Positions 19,878 to 28,003 of a stretch of 32,000 nt of DNA are shown here, piece after piece. The stretch is from assembly GCF_017876815.1 (NCBI RefSeq), contig NZ_JAGIOS010000001.1, forward strand, positions 3,360,001 to 3,392,000. Reading direction: 5' to 3'. This DNA is from Sinorhizobium meliloti (GTDB lineage Bacteria > Pseudomonadota > Alphaproteobacteria > Rhizobiales > Rhizobiaceae). The notes under the pieces were generated by a model that was not told the DNA's origin, searched no databases, and saw only the letters and a program-made list of their open reading frames with translations. How positions within the stretch are numbered: the first letter of the stretch is position 1; every line of letters begins with the position of its first letter. Position numbers and translations under genes: made by a program.

Positions 19878-20746
19878 TCTTTACCAATTGCAACCGGGGT
19901 ATCCGGCCGGCTACCCCATTCCGACCAGGAGCCATCATAAAGCGTATTGTCCTTATGTCCCAAGGATTGAAGCGCAAGCGTGATGATGGCGGCGGTTATG
20001 CCGGAGCCGCAGCTCGTGACGACCGGCTTCGTCAGATCGATGCCGGCATCCGCAAAAGTTCGGCGCAGCGCATCGAGATCCTTGAACCTGCCCTTGTCGG
20101 AGAATACGCCCGAGGGCAGGCTCCTTGCACCTGGCATATGGCCCGACCGCATGCCCGCCCGCGGCTCCGGTTCCTCGCCGGCGAAGCGCCCGGCGCTGCG
20201 CGCATCGGCAATCTGGGAGAGCCGGTGCTCGACCACATCCCTCATGCGCTCGAACGAGGTGACCGCGTTCGGGTTGAAGACTGCGTTGAAAGCCTGCGGG
20301 CTGGGTTTCGCAACCTCGGTCGTCGTTGGCCGGCCGTCCGCTTTCCAGCCGTCCATCCCGCCATCGAGAACGAAGACGTTCTCGGCGCCCATGATTCGGA
20401 ACATCCACCAGACCCTCGGGGCGGTGAAGATCCCCGGGCCGTCGTAGACGACGATCGTGTCGTTCTCGCTGATTCCCATTGCGCCCACGGCCTCGGAGAA
20501 TGCCTCGGGAGAGGGCAGGGTGTGCGGCAGCGCGCTCGTCCGATTGGCGATCGCGTCCTGGTCGAAGAAGACCGCCCCGGGAATGTGCGCGGCGGCGTAT
20601 TCGGCTTTCGCGTCGCGGTTCTGCGCCGGCAGATACCAGGCGGCATCGATTATCTTGACCGACGGATCATCGAGGCGCTGTTCAAGCCAATCCGCAGAAA
20701 CGACAAAGCGGCTCTTGTTTTCGTTCTCACCATTCATCGTCGTCAC
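19874..20746 (-). CDS. sseA: 3-mercaptopyruvate sulfurtransferase (tandem rhodanese domains)
   Basis: 290 aa with the active-site loop TSCGSGITA and HIPGA motifs. Confidence 0.88.
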   Translation of the reverse strand: MTTMNGENENKSRFVVSADWLEQRLDDPSVKIIDAAWYLPAQNRDAKAEYAAAHIPGAVFFDQDAIANRTSALPHTLPSPEAFSEAVGAMGISENDTIVVYDGPGIFTAPRVWWMFRIMGAENVFVLDGGMDGWKADGRPTTTEVAKPSPQAFNAVFNPNAVTSFERMRDVVEHRLSQIADARSAGRFAGEEPEPRAGMRSGHMPGARSLPSGVFSDKGRFKDLDALRRTFADAGIDLTKPVVTSCGSGITAAIITLALQSLGHKDNTLYDGSWSEWGSRPDTPVAIGKE

Positions 20747-20789
20747 TCCACTGGCTTGCTGATGTAAAAGAACAGTTCGCTGCCCGCGC

Positions 20790-20866
20790 TAAGGCCTGTT
20801 GAGATTCAGGATACCCGCCGCGACTTGTTTGATTTCCTCATACCTGTGCTTGTCACAGGGATGACG
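20790..20866. repeat. RIME-like intergenic palindromic element (second copy)
   Basis: CTAAGGCCTGTTGAG leader and the CCTGTGCTTGTCACAGG palindrome at 20843-20859. It resembles the element at 14611-14656. Confidence 0.55.
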
Positions 20867-20934
20867 CGAGGAGAGATTGCTGTCCTCCGGCACGGTTCCT
20901 AGGCCGCGCAATCGGCACCGAATCTCAACGGGCA

Positions 20935-21684
20935 CTAAACCGCAACCCCGTCTTCGGGCGTCGCGAAGCGTATACGGAAGCGCCTGTTTTCCTTGCCCTT
21001 CTTCTCGATCTTGGCAATGTGGATCGCACCCACTTCCTGCGTCTCGGAAACATGCGTTCCGCCGCAGGGCTGGCTGTCAATCGATGAATTCTCGCCGATG
21101 CAGACGAGACTGACCCGGCCAAGCCCCATCGGCGGGCGGACATTCTTCGACTTGACGATGCCCGGATTGGCGGCCAGCTCCTCGTCGGTGATCCACTGCA
21201 CGTAGACCGGATGGTTCTCTTCGACGAGTTTCATCAGCCCTGCCGTGACCTCGTCCTTGTCGATCGTTTCGCTCATGTCGAAGTCCACGCGGCTTTCCTC
21301 CTCTCCCACGGCTGCGCCGGTGATCGGGAAGGGGCAGACGACCGACAGCAGATGGCAGGCCGTGTGCATGCGCATCAGCCTGTAGCGGCGCGGCCAGTCG
21401 ATGTGCAGCACCAGCTTCTCGCCGACCGCCGGCACGGGCGCGCCATCGGCGGACATGTGAACGATGACGTCCTTGTTCGCGCCATGCCGTGTTTCGACGA
21501 TGTCGATGCGGCTGCCGTCTTCGCGCTCGAGGAAACCCGTGTCACCCGGCTGCCCGCCGGATGTCGCATAAAAGCAGGTCTGATCAAGCTCGATGCCGCC
21601 GCCTTCCAGGATTGCCGTCACGCGTGCTTCGCAGGTCGAGAGGTAAAAATCGTCTCGGAAGAGGGCGGTGACGGTTCCGGTCAT
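20935..21684 (-). CDS. alaX: Alanyl-tRNA editing protein (AlaX-M type)
   Basis: 249 aa with the zinc motifs HTACHLL and CGGTHV typical of AlaRS editing-domain paralogs. Confidence 0.85.
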   Translation of the reverse strand: MTGTVTALFRDDFYLSTCEARVTAILEGGGIELDQTCFYATSGGQPGDTGFLEREDGSRIDIVETRHGANKDVIVHMSADGAPVPAVGEKLVLHIDWPRRYRLMRMHTACHLLSVVCPFPITGAAVGEEESRVDFDMSETIDKDEVTAGLMKLVEENHPVYVQWITDEELAANPGIVKSKNVRPPMGLGRVSLVCIGENSSIDSQPCGGTHVSETQEVGAIHIAKIEKKGKENRRFRIRFATPEDGVAV

Positions 21685-21691
21685 GGCAATC

Positions 21692-22732
21692 CTATCCAGC
21701 GGGTTCGTATGGCACTGCTATGTTCGAAGCGGTCTTCAGCCAGTCCGGAACCGGCAGGCCCTTGGAGGTCAGGAAGTCCGGATTGAAGAGCTTCGACTGA
21801 TAGCGGTTACCATAGTCGCAGAGGATCGTCACGATCGTGTGTCCCGGCCCGAGGTCCCGTGCAAGCCGCACGGCGCCGGCGATGTTGATGCCGGTCGAGC
21901 CGCCGACGCAAATACCTTCCTTTTCGATGAGATCGAAGACGTAGGGCACCGCTTCAGCATCCGGAATCTGGTAGGCGAAGTCCGGCGTGAAGTCTTCGAG
22001 GTTGGCGGTGATTCGGCCTTGACCGATGCCTTCGGTGATCGAGCTGCCGCTCGACTTGAGCTCGCCATGGGCATAAAAATTGTAGAGTGCGGCCCCCTCA
22101 GGGTCGGCGATGCCGATCTTGATCGCCGCATTGCGGGCGCGCAAGCCTTCCGCCACGCCGGCAAGCGTGCCGCCGGAGCCGACGGCGCAGATGAAGCCGT
22201 CGACCTTGCCGTCGGTGTCGCGCCAGATTTCAGGCGCGGTCGTGTCGACATGCGCTTGCCGGTTGGCGACATTGTCGAACTGGTTCGCCCAGATGGCGCC
22301 GTTCGGCTCGGTTTCGGCGAGTTGGGCCGCCAACCGGCCGGAGATCTTCACGTAGTTGTTGGGATTCCTGTAAGGCACAGCCGGAACTTCGACCAGTTCG
22401 GCCCCAAGCAGGCGTAGCGCGTCCTTCTTTTCCTGGCTCTGGGTTTCGGGAATGACGATGACGGTGCGGTATCCAAGTGCGCTGCCGACAACGGCAAGGC
22501 CGATCCCCGTATTGCCGGCCGTACCTTCGACAATCACGCCGCCCGGCCGCAACTGGCCGGACTTTTCGGCCTGGCGGATGATCCAGAGCGCTGCCCGGTC
22601 CTTTACGGACTGCCCGGGATTGAGGAACTCCGCTTTGCCGAGAATGTTGCAGCCGGTCGCTTCGGACACGGCCTTGAGCCGGATCAGCGGCGTATTGCCG
22701 ATTGCTTCGAGCACGGACGGAAGAACAGGCAT
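21692..22732 (-). CDS. cysK: Cysteine synthase / PLP-dependent CysK-family enzyme
   Basis: From the ATG at 22732: MPVLPSVLEAIGNTPLIRL..NPGQSVKDRAA (PLP lysine)..GTAGNTGIG..GSGGT. The C-terminal extension is longer than in classical CysK. Confidence 0.85.
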   Translation of the reverse strand: MPVLPSVLEAIGNTPLIRLKAVSEATGCNILGKAEFLNPGQSVKDRAALWIIRQAEKSGQLRPGGVIVEGTAGNTGIGLAVVGSALGYRTVIVIPETQSQEKKDALRLLGAELVEVPAVPYRNPNNYVKISGRLAAQLAETEPNGAIWANQFDNVANRQAHVDTTAPEIWRDTDGKVDGFICAVGSGGTLAGVAEGLRARNAAIKIGIADPEGAALYNFYAHGELKSSGSSITEGIGQGRITANLEDFTPDFAYQIPDAEAVPYVFDLIEKEGICVGGSTGINIAGAVRLARDLGPGHTIVTILCDYGNRYQSKLFNPDFLTSKGLPVPDWLKTASNIAVPYEPAG

Positions 22733-23046
22733 ATTGAAAACCTCGCGCTGGACGGAACGGATGCCGGCATTAGCCAAGCACTAACCTCGGTCGACGGCAA
22801 GCCGATGAACATTTGGTTTCATGGGCAGGATCGCCGAAATATTGGCGTGTTTTCGGCTCAGTCTGTCCTACAGGCAAGGAATAGCGTTTCGCAGCTTTCC
22901 TGTCCCGGGCAAAAAACGTCTCTGCCGTCAATCGACGGGCGGGAAGCGGAGATTGCGGGGCAGGCGCTTGCCGTCCGGAGAGGTATAGGGACCGACCGCT
23001 TATGCGGTGGCCCCGGTGAGAACCCCCGTCGACGAGCGAGGAAAAG

Positions 23047-23895
23047 ATGACAGCTGTATTCACCGCCCGCCCCGAACATGGATTGGCATGGATCACCGGT
23101 GCAAGTTCCGGCATCGGTCGCGCCGTGGCGCTCCGATTGGCCGAGGAAGGCTATTCCGTGGTCGTCACGGCGCGAAGTCACGAGAAGCTGGTAGACCTTC
23201 AGCACCAGGCGGCCGAACCGGGGCGGATGATCGTTCTCGATGGAGACGTCACCGATCCGAAGGACATGGAGCGGCTGCTGGCCAAAATCGAATACGAGCA
23301 CGGGCAGGTGGCACTCGCCGTCCTCAACGCCGGCGTCGCCCTCCCGGTCCGTGGCGACGACCTGCGTCGGGAGCCCTTCGACAGGAGCTTCGCCGTCAAT
23401 CTCAACGGCGTCGTCAACTGTCTCGTACCGCTTGTCGAGCATATGAAGACCAAGGGGCATGGACAGATCGCGATCATGTCGTCGGTGGCCGGCTATGGCG
23501 GCTTGCCGATGAGCGCCGCCTACGGTGCGAGCAAGGCGGCGCTCATCAACATGGCGGAGAGCCTGAAATTCGACCTCGATCGCATCGGCATCCGCCTGCA
23601 AGTCATCTGTCCCGGATTCGTGGATACGCAGGCTGCACCGAAAGGCGGTTTCCCAAGACCCGCGCTGGTGAGCACGCAGGAGGCGGCAGACCGGATATGC
23701 GCCGGCCTGAAGTCTTCGCGTTTCGAGATCACCTTCCCGAAACGATTTACGTACCTGGTCAAATTGCTGCGTATCCTGCCCTATGGGCTTTATTTCGCGC
23801 TTCTCGACCGGCTGGTACCGGGAAGGGCAGCCGTGGCTGCGGTTCCAAAGAACAAGCGCTCAGGCTCCGACGGACAGCCGCGTCAGGCGATATGA
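23047..23895 (+). CDS. Short-chain dehydrogenase/reductase (SDR)
   Basis: 282 aa with TGASSGIGRA and the catalytic YGASKAA. The last 15 codons lie inside the duplicated segment at 23850-23920. Confidence 0.88.
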   Translation: MTAVFTARPEHGLAWITGASSGIGRAVALRLAEEGYSVVVTARSHEKLVDLQHQAAEPGRMIVLDGDVTDPKDMERLLAKIEYEHGQVALAVLNAGVALPVRGDDLRREPFDRSFAVNLNGVVNCLVPLVEHMKTKGHGQIAIMSSVAGYGGLPMSAAYGASKAALINMAESLKFDLDRIGIRLQVICPGFVDTQAAPKGGFPRPALVSTQEAADRICAGLKSSRFEITFPKRFTYLVKLLRILPYGLYFALLDRLVPGRAAVAAVPKNKRSGSDGQPRQAI

Positions 23896-23920
23896 AGCAC
23901 CAGCACCGCGCCGAAAATCA
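23850..23920. repeat. Direct repeat copy A (71 bp, 1 mismatch versus copy B)
   Basis: GAACAAGCGCTCAGGCTCCGACGGACAGCCGCGTCAGGCGATATGAAGCACCAGCACCGCGCCGAAAATCA. The same string occurs at 24767-24837 with A>G at one position. Confidence 0.95.
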
Positions 23921-24030
23921 AAAGGCGAGCCACCTCAGCCGATCAGCCTCAGCCTTTGGCCGAAGAAACGCCGCCGCGCCGATAGCCCCGGCTGGGGCCG
24001 AAGACCGGCATAAGCGACCAACCCTGCAAT
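23883..24030 (-). pseudogene. Decayed 3' fragment of an SMR-family gene
   Basis: The minus-strand reading recovers pieces (VAYAGL / FFGQRL / IFGAVLVLHIA-stop) that line up with the C-terminus of the intact SMR gene at 24800-25126. At least two frame shifts are needed and the N-terminal half is missing. Confidence 0.7.
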
Positions 24031-24088
24031 CTTGACCTTATACGCCGTTCGCATTACTTTTTTCCTTGTAAAATGTAAGGAGAATGGC

Positions 24089-24328
24089 GTGCCGACCTCG
24101 ACGATCACTTCGAAAGGTCAAATCACCATCCCGGCCAAGGTCCGCATCGATATGGGTCTTTCCGCCGGGGATCGTGTGGACTTCATCCGTATGGAGGACG
24201 GCCACTATGCGGTTGTGCCCGCTTCCCATTCGATCAGGTCGCTGAAGGGGATTGTTCCTCGTCCGGACAGGCCAGTCAGTCTTGAGGATATGCAGAAAGC
24301 GATTATCGCCGGAGCCGCCGGCGAATGA
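24089..24328 (+). CDS. vapB: AbrB/SpoVT (MazE-like) antitoxin, VapB-type
   Basis: The GTG at 24089 is preceded by AAGGAG. The protein begins (V)PTSTITSKGQITIPAKVRIDMGLSAGDRVDF, a looped-hinge-helix fold motif. The stop overlaps the vapC ATG (ATGA). Confidence 0.8.
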   Translation: MPTSTITSKGQITIPAKVRIDMGLSAGDRVDFIRMEDGHYAVVPASHSIRSLKGIVPRPDRPVSLEDMQKAIIAGAAGE

Positions 24329-24723
24329 TCGGCGTCGATACGAACCTGCTGGTGCGTTACCTGGCGCAGGACGATACCACCCAATCACCGTTGGCTTCAC
24401 AGATCATCGACGGCTTCACACCCGAGGCGCCCGGCTACATCTCACAGGTGGTTCTCGTCGAAACCGTCCGGGTCTTGACGCGATCATATAGGATGTCACG
24501 CGAAGCCGTTGCCAGCGTTATCGAAACTTTGTTGCGGGCGCGTGAGATCGTTGTTGATCGAGCGGATGCCGGCTATCTGGCGCTTGCCACCTACCGAGCG
24601 ACAAAGGCGGACTTCTCCGATGCGCTGATCGCTCACGGCGGACTCTTGGCAGGCTGCACCGAAACGCTGACCTTCGACAAGCTGGCAGCCGATCATGCCG
24701 GAATGCGCCTCGTAAGCCCATGA
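24325..24723 (+). CDS. vapC: PIN-domain ribonuclease toxin VapC
   Basis: 132 aa, MIGVDTNLLVRYL...VLVET...FSDALIA, with the conserved acidic PIN residues. Confidence 0.85.
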   Translation: MIGVDTNLLVRYLAQDDTTQSPLASQIIDGFTPEAPGYISQVVLVETVRVLTRSYRMSREAVASVIETLLRAREIVVDRADAGYLALATYRATKADFSDALIAHGGLLAGCTETLTFDKLAADHAGMRLVSP

Positions 24724-24766
24724 TCAGTGGCAGGTGCCGGGAGGCAGCGTCGCTTCGGCCCTGAGG

Positions 24767-24837
24767 GAACAAGCGCTCAGGCTCCGACGGACAGCCGCGT
24801 CAGGCGGTATGAAGCACCAGCACCGCGCCGAAAATCA
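24767..24837. repeat. Direct repeat copy B
   Basis: See copy A. This copy includes the functional 3' end of the SMR gene. Confidence 0.95.
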
Positions 24838-25126
24838 GTGACAGTCCAAGCCAGCCGACCGGTTTCAGCCTCTGGCCGAAGAAAAGGCGGCCGCAGATGG
24901 CCGTACCGAAGATTCCGGTTGCGCCGAGAAGGGCATAGGCGACCGCCAGGTCCATATCCTTGATCGCTTCCGCCAGCAGCGCGAACGCCGCAAGCACCAA
25001 GACGATCGAAAGGGCACCCCAGCCGCGGCGGGCAAAGCCGTTCGACTTCGTCGAGGCGAGATTCGCCGCCACATCGAGCACGCCGGCGGCGATCGCGAAT
25101 GCGAAGGAGAGACCCGACGCGCTCAT
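24800..25126 (-). CDS. SMR-family small multidrug/cation efflux protein, second subunit of a pair
   Basis: 108 aa from the ATG at 25126 (MSASGLSFAFAIAAGVLDVAANL..), about four TM helices. The start overlaps the upstream gene stop (ATGA). The 218-aa tracked ORF is an over-extension. Confidence 0.8.
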   Translation of the reverse strand: MSASGLSFAFAIAAGVLDVAANLASTKSNGFARRGWGALSIVLVLAAFALLAEAIKDMDLAVAYALLGATGIFGTAICGRLFFGQRLKPVGWLGLSLIFGAVLVLHTA

Positions 25127-25467
25127 GCGGCGGCTTCCTCCGCATCGCTCCTGCCGGCATTGAGGAGAAGTATTCCCGCAACAGCCATCGCGAGGCCCAG
25201 CATCTCGCGGCCGGAGAGCGCATGGCCGAAAACGAAAACAGAGACGAGCGTTATCACGGCGACGCCGGATCCTTCCCAGACGGCATAGGCGACGCCAACC
25301 GGAATGGTCTTCACCGCTCGTGCCAGGAAGACGTAGGAGAGCGCGATCGAGGCATACATGACCACATGCCCCCAATAGGAGCCGGAGCCGGATGCCGCCT
25401 TCATCACAGTCAGGCCGACGACCTCGGTCGCGATCGCGAGGACCAGGAAAAGCCATGCAAGACGCAT
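25123..25467 (-). CDS. SMR-family small multidrug/cation efflux protein, first subunit of a pair
   Basis: 114 aa, MRLAWLFLVLAIATEVVGLTVMK.. The conserved membrane Glu is in TM1 (ATE). ..GVAYAVWEGSGV.. is also present. Confidence 0.85.
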   Translation of the reverse strand: MRLAWLFLVLAIATEVVGLTVMKAASGSGSYWGHVVMYASIALSYVFLARAVKTIPVGVAYAVWEGSGVAVITLVSVFVFGHALSGREMLGLAMAVAGILLLNAGRSDAEEAAA

Positions 25468-25493
25468 GAGGAAACCTACGAGAAATCAGCCCG

Positions 25494-25538
25494 ACAAAAT
25501 GAAAAGAGCCATTCGGGCTTTGCCGCGAATGGCTCTTT
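25494..25538 (-). terminator. Rho-independent terminator on the minus strand, 30 nt upstream of the SMR start codon
   Basis: 13-bp stem AAAGAGCCATTCG / CGAATGGCTCTTT with a 10-nt loop, followed on the minus strand by TCATTTTGT. Confidence 0.7.
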
Positions 25539-25642
25539 CGAAACTGGCTCCCCGGGCCGGAGTTGGCTCCGGTAGGAGAGCGGCAGCGCTAGCCATATTT
25601 TACAAGACGTTAGAAGAACCTTCTAAAGCTCTAAGATTAGCG

Positions 25643-25682
25643 ATGTAGCCAAAATGTAGCCAAAATGTAGCCAAAATGTAGC
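25643..25682. repeat. Tandem repeat, 11-bp unit ATGTAGCCAAA, 3.6 copies
   Basis: Perfect copies at 25643, 25654 and 25665, with a partial copy at 25676-25682. The repeat directly abuts the stop codon of the last leftward phage ORF. Confidence 0.95.
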
Positions 25683-25883
25683 TCACTTCGCTCCGATCAA
25701 TTTGCGGATACGATCGACGTTTTTGCCGCGCTCCTTTGCTGCGAGGTATTCCCGCTCCATGCGGTCCAGCAGGGGTTGCGCGATCGGTCCACGCCGGTCG
25801 ACGAGTTCGGCGCAAACTAGCAGCATCTTCTCGATGCGTCCCAGCGAAATTTCGCCGCTCGGGTTGGAAGCGTTCGCCTTCAT
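25683..25883 (-). CDS. Phage hypothetical protein
   Basis: 66-aa ORF, last gene of the leftward operon. Its start abuts the stop of the HNH gene. Confidence 0.55.
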   Translation of the reverse strand: MKANASNPSGEISLGRIEKMLLVCAELVDRRGPIAQPLLDRMEREYLAAKERGKNVDRIRKLIGAK

Positions 25884-26260
25884 CAGCTACTCGCCTCCAT
25901 TTCCTGGCACTCGAACTTGGGTCCGCAGTTGTGGCTGATCATGCCGCGCTTCGCCTGTTCTCGGCGTTTGGCGTTTTCCTTGCGGGTAACCATCTCGACG
26001 TGATCCGTTTCGGCTCGCACGCAAAGGCGATTGCGGCAGGCGTGGTCCAGTTCTTTCTTGCCGGGGATATAGCCGTGCTCGTTGGTCCACATGGCGATGT
26101 GGACTGCGACCGTCTGGCCGTCGAGAGACATGCGGGGGTAGCCCTTGCCTCGACCGGTCTTGCCCGAATCACGGCCGGTCCACTCCCAGCAGCCTGCTAC
26201 CGGATCGATGCGGACCCGGGACATGATCTTGGCGCGGATGCGATCACGACGACTGCTCAT
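25883..26260 (-). CDS. HNH endonuclease
   Basis: 125 aa from the ATG at 26260 (MSSRRDRIRAKIM..GYPRMSLDGQTVAVHIAMW..LDHACRNRLCVRAETDHVEMVTRKEN), an HNH_3-type motif. ATGA overlap with the upstream gene. Confidence 0.8.
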   Translation of the reverse strand: MSSRRDRIRAKIMSRVRIDPVAGCWEWTGRDSGKTGRGKGYPRMSLDGQTVAVHIAMWTNEHGYIPGKKELDHACRNRLCVRAETDHVEMVTRKENAKRREQAKRGMISHNCGPKFECQEMEASS

Positions 26261-26796
26261 CCTCGGCGCCTCCAGGCATCGAAGGCGCTGCGCAGATCCT
26301 GCCAGCGGGCGGCTGCGGCCGGGTCGGCGTTCAGCTCGGCGCGCGAGTCGATGTTGAGGATGGATCGGATCTTCGTTGCGGCGCGATCGTCGGTGAGCGG
26401 TCGCGCCAGGCCGTGGCACTCCTCGAGAAATTTCTTGAAGGCCGGCTCGGCGCATTTCATCGCGCATTCGGCGGCGTAGTCTTTCGGCTTCTGCTGGTGC
26501 TGCGGAGGCGCGTGGCGGCGCAGCTCGGCGACGAGGGTGCGATACCGGCCGGCGAGGGTGTTATAGGTACCGAGCAGCCAAATCAGATCGAAGGGCGCGT
26601 TCAGCACCATCTCCCTGTCGCCGATCGGCGCGTCGGCGGCTATCGTCGCGATGAGGAAAGTGCCTTCGCTGCTGGCCGCAGTCAGGCAGAGCCGGCCCCC
26701 GTCCGACTCAATGCCCCAGTCCCGGGTCGCGAGCGCGACCCGGTTGCGGATCGCGTCCATGCGTTTCTGCTGCGGCGAGGGTTCCGGGTGGCTCAT
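26257..26796 (-). CDS. Phage hypothetical protein
   Basis: 179 aa from the ATG at 26796 (MSHPEPSPQQKRMDAIRNR...). ATGA overlaps at both ends. Confidence 0.6.
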   Translation of the reverse strand: MSHPEPSPQQKRMDAIRNRVALATRDWGIESDGGRLCLTAASSEGTFLIATIAADAPIGDREMVLNAPFDLIWLLGTYNTLAGRYRTLVAELRRHAPPQHQQKPKDYAAECAMKCAEPAFKKFLEECHGLARPLTDDRAATKIRSILNIDSRAELNADPAAAARWQDLRSAFDAWRRRG

Positions 26797-27164
26797 CGGC
26801 GGACCTCGTCGCACGGGCGATTGGCCACCTGGAGAAGCACGTCTCCATGGCAGGGTTCGTCTGGCTTGCACCAACATGCGAGATTTTTGCCGCGCAGCTC
26901 ATCGGCATTCTCAGCGACAAAACGGCGGGTGCGCTCCAGCGCCTGGATATTGGGATCGGCGCGGACGCGTAGCAATCCGGCGAGCAGTGCTTTGTATAGA
27001 TCGACGCAATAGGAGGCGTCGCCATGCTTGCCGACGACGGGGGGATTTCCCCATGGGCCGGGGCGACCGACATGCACCACTTCAAGGCCATTGATCGACT
27101 TGGAATGCGCCTGCAGGTCGAAGCCCTTGCGCCGAGATAGCTGGAGGCGAACAGGCTTCGTCAT
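26793..27164 (-). CDS. DUF4326-family protein
   Basis: 123 aa, ..VHVGRPGPWGNP...LRGKNLACWCKPDEPCHGDVL.., the motif pattern I associate with DUF4326. Confidence 0.65.
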   Translation of the reverse strand: MTKPVRLQLSRRKGFDLQAHSKSINGLEVVHVGRPGPWGNPPVVGKHGDASYCVDLYKALLAGLLRVRADPNIQALERTRRFVAENADELRGKNLACWCKPDEPCHGDVLLQVANRPCDEVRR

Positions 27165-27343
27165 TCGGCGGCCTCGCTGTTTTGGGTCTCCCTATTGATC
27201 TTGACCTTGCGGTTGGCGCCGGCGGGGACGCCGCGACGGTTGGCGGCGAGCTGGCGCGCGTTCTCGGCGGCGCTCGCGTCGAGATCGAGCGGGGCGATCT
27301 CCGGATCTGCGAAATGGATGCGGAAGGGCAGGAGATCAGTCAT
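27161..27343 (-). CDS. Phage hypothetical protein
   Basis: 60-aa ORF with ATGA overlap downstream and an 8-nt overlap upstream. Confidence 0.45.
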   Translation of the reverse strand: MTDLLPFRIHFADPEIAPLDLDASAAENARQLAANRRGVPAGANRKVKINRETQNSEAAE

Positions 27344-27659
27344 CGAGCTTCTCCCCGCAGAAACCGGCTGCTTCGTTTACGCACTCGACGATGAAGAGCG
27401 CGATCGCCAGCGCCTCCTCGTCGGGGCGTTCGTTGTTCACGTCGACGGTGAAAATGTCGCAGCCGTGGCGATCGAGCACGACGCCGATATCCGTCTCGGA
27501 GAGGCGCAGCGGCACCTCGACATTCTGATCGAAGAAGGCGGTGCGGATGGTGCGATGGCTGACGGGCTGCGGCTTGGCGGCTGTCGCTTTGAAGGCGTTG
27601 ATGTGCGCGTCGGGGGCGAGCCGCTTGATATGGTTTATCTGCTCCAGCGCGCCGCTCAT
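27336..27659 (-). CDS. Phage hypothetical protein
   Basis: 107-aa ORF whose coordinates overlap the neighbouring ORFs at both ends (4 nt upstream, 8 nt downstream). Confidence 0.55.
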   Translation of the reverse strand: MSGALEQINHIKRLAPDAHINAFKATAAKPQPVSHRTIRTAFFDQNVEVPLRLSETDIGVVLDRHGCDIFTVDVNNERPDEEALAIALFIVECVNEAAGFCGEKLDD

Positions 27660-27988
27660 GCCCGCGCCTCCAGTGCCCTGATGTGCATGGTGATGCGTGG
27701 GACGGAGATCGGACGAATGTCGTAACCGCCGGTCTCACGTGAGGCCCGGGTGAAGACGACGGTGCGGCGGCCATCCTCATGGATGCCGCGATGCGCGGCG
27801 ACGTTCCAGCCCCAGCGCCGCTCGGCGACATAGTCTTCCATGACATATTCGGCGACGCCGAAGGCCAGCGCCAGGCGCGGGACCGTCATGCCGGACAGAT
27901 AGCCGGCGCGCACGGCCGGCTCTTTCAGAAGCGCCGTCGAGGTGGAAAGGCCTGATGGCGGAACGGGATTTCGGACAAGGTTGGCCAT
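27656..27988 (-). CDS. Phage hypothetical protein (possible HTH)
   Basis: 110-aa ORF with AAGGAA 7 nt upstream of the ATG at 27988. The internal segment MTVPRLALAFGVAEYVMEDYV looks like an HTH. Confidence 0.55.
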   Translation of the reverse strand: MANLVRNPVPPSGLSTSTALLKEPAVRAGYLSGMTVPRLALAFGVAEYVMEDYVAERRWGWNVAAHRGIHEDGRRTVVFTRASRETGGYDIRPISVPRITMHIRALEARA

Positions 27989-28003
27989 TTCGATTTCCTT
28001 GGA

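Noticed and set aside
22778-23046. Riboswitch (for example SAM-II) in the long region upstream of cysK and the SDR gene.
   Set aside because: I could not find the conserved SAM-II pseudoknot segments or any convincing terminator or anti-terminator pair on either strand.
24800-25456. 218-aa ORF spanning both SMR genes in another frame.
   Set aside because: The first 110 residues are Arg-rich out-of-frame text overlapping the upstream SMR gene. The genuine 108-aa SMR protein begins at the ATG at 25126, which forms an ATGA overlap with the upstream gene's stop.
25547-25594. Possible tRNA or tRNA 3' fragment serving as the phage att site. The minus strand ends ..CCGGAGCCAACUCCGGCCCGGGGAGCCA.
   Set aside because: The hairpin loop is CCAA or a 6-nt loop rather than a 7-nt TPsiC loop with the TTCRA consensus. 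No D arm or anticodon arm can be built upstream, and the acceptor pairing fails.
25468-25600. Calling the SMR leader a specific guanidine-I, -II or -III riboswitch.
   Set aside because: Only two short loose matches to ykkC conserved segments are present. The GGUCCGAGAG and ACGR elements are absent and the length is about half of a ykkC aptamer. It is kept only as an unclassified structured leader.
25643-25682. CRISPR-like array.
   Set aside because: The 11-bp units are directly abutting with no spacers. This is a simple tandem repeat, and there are no cas genes.
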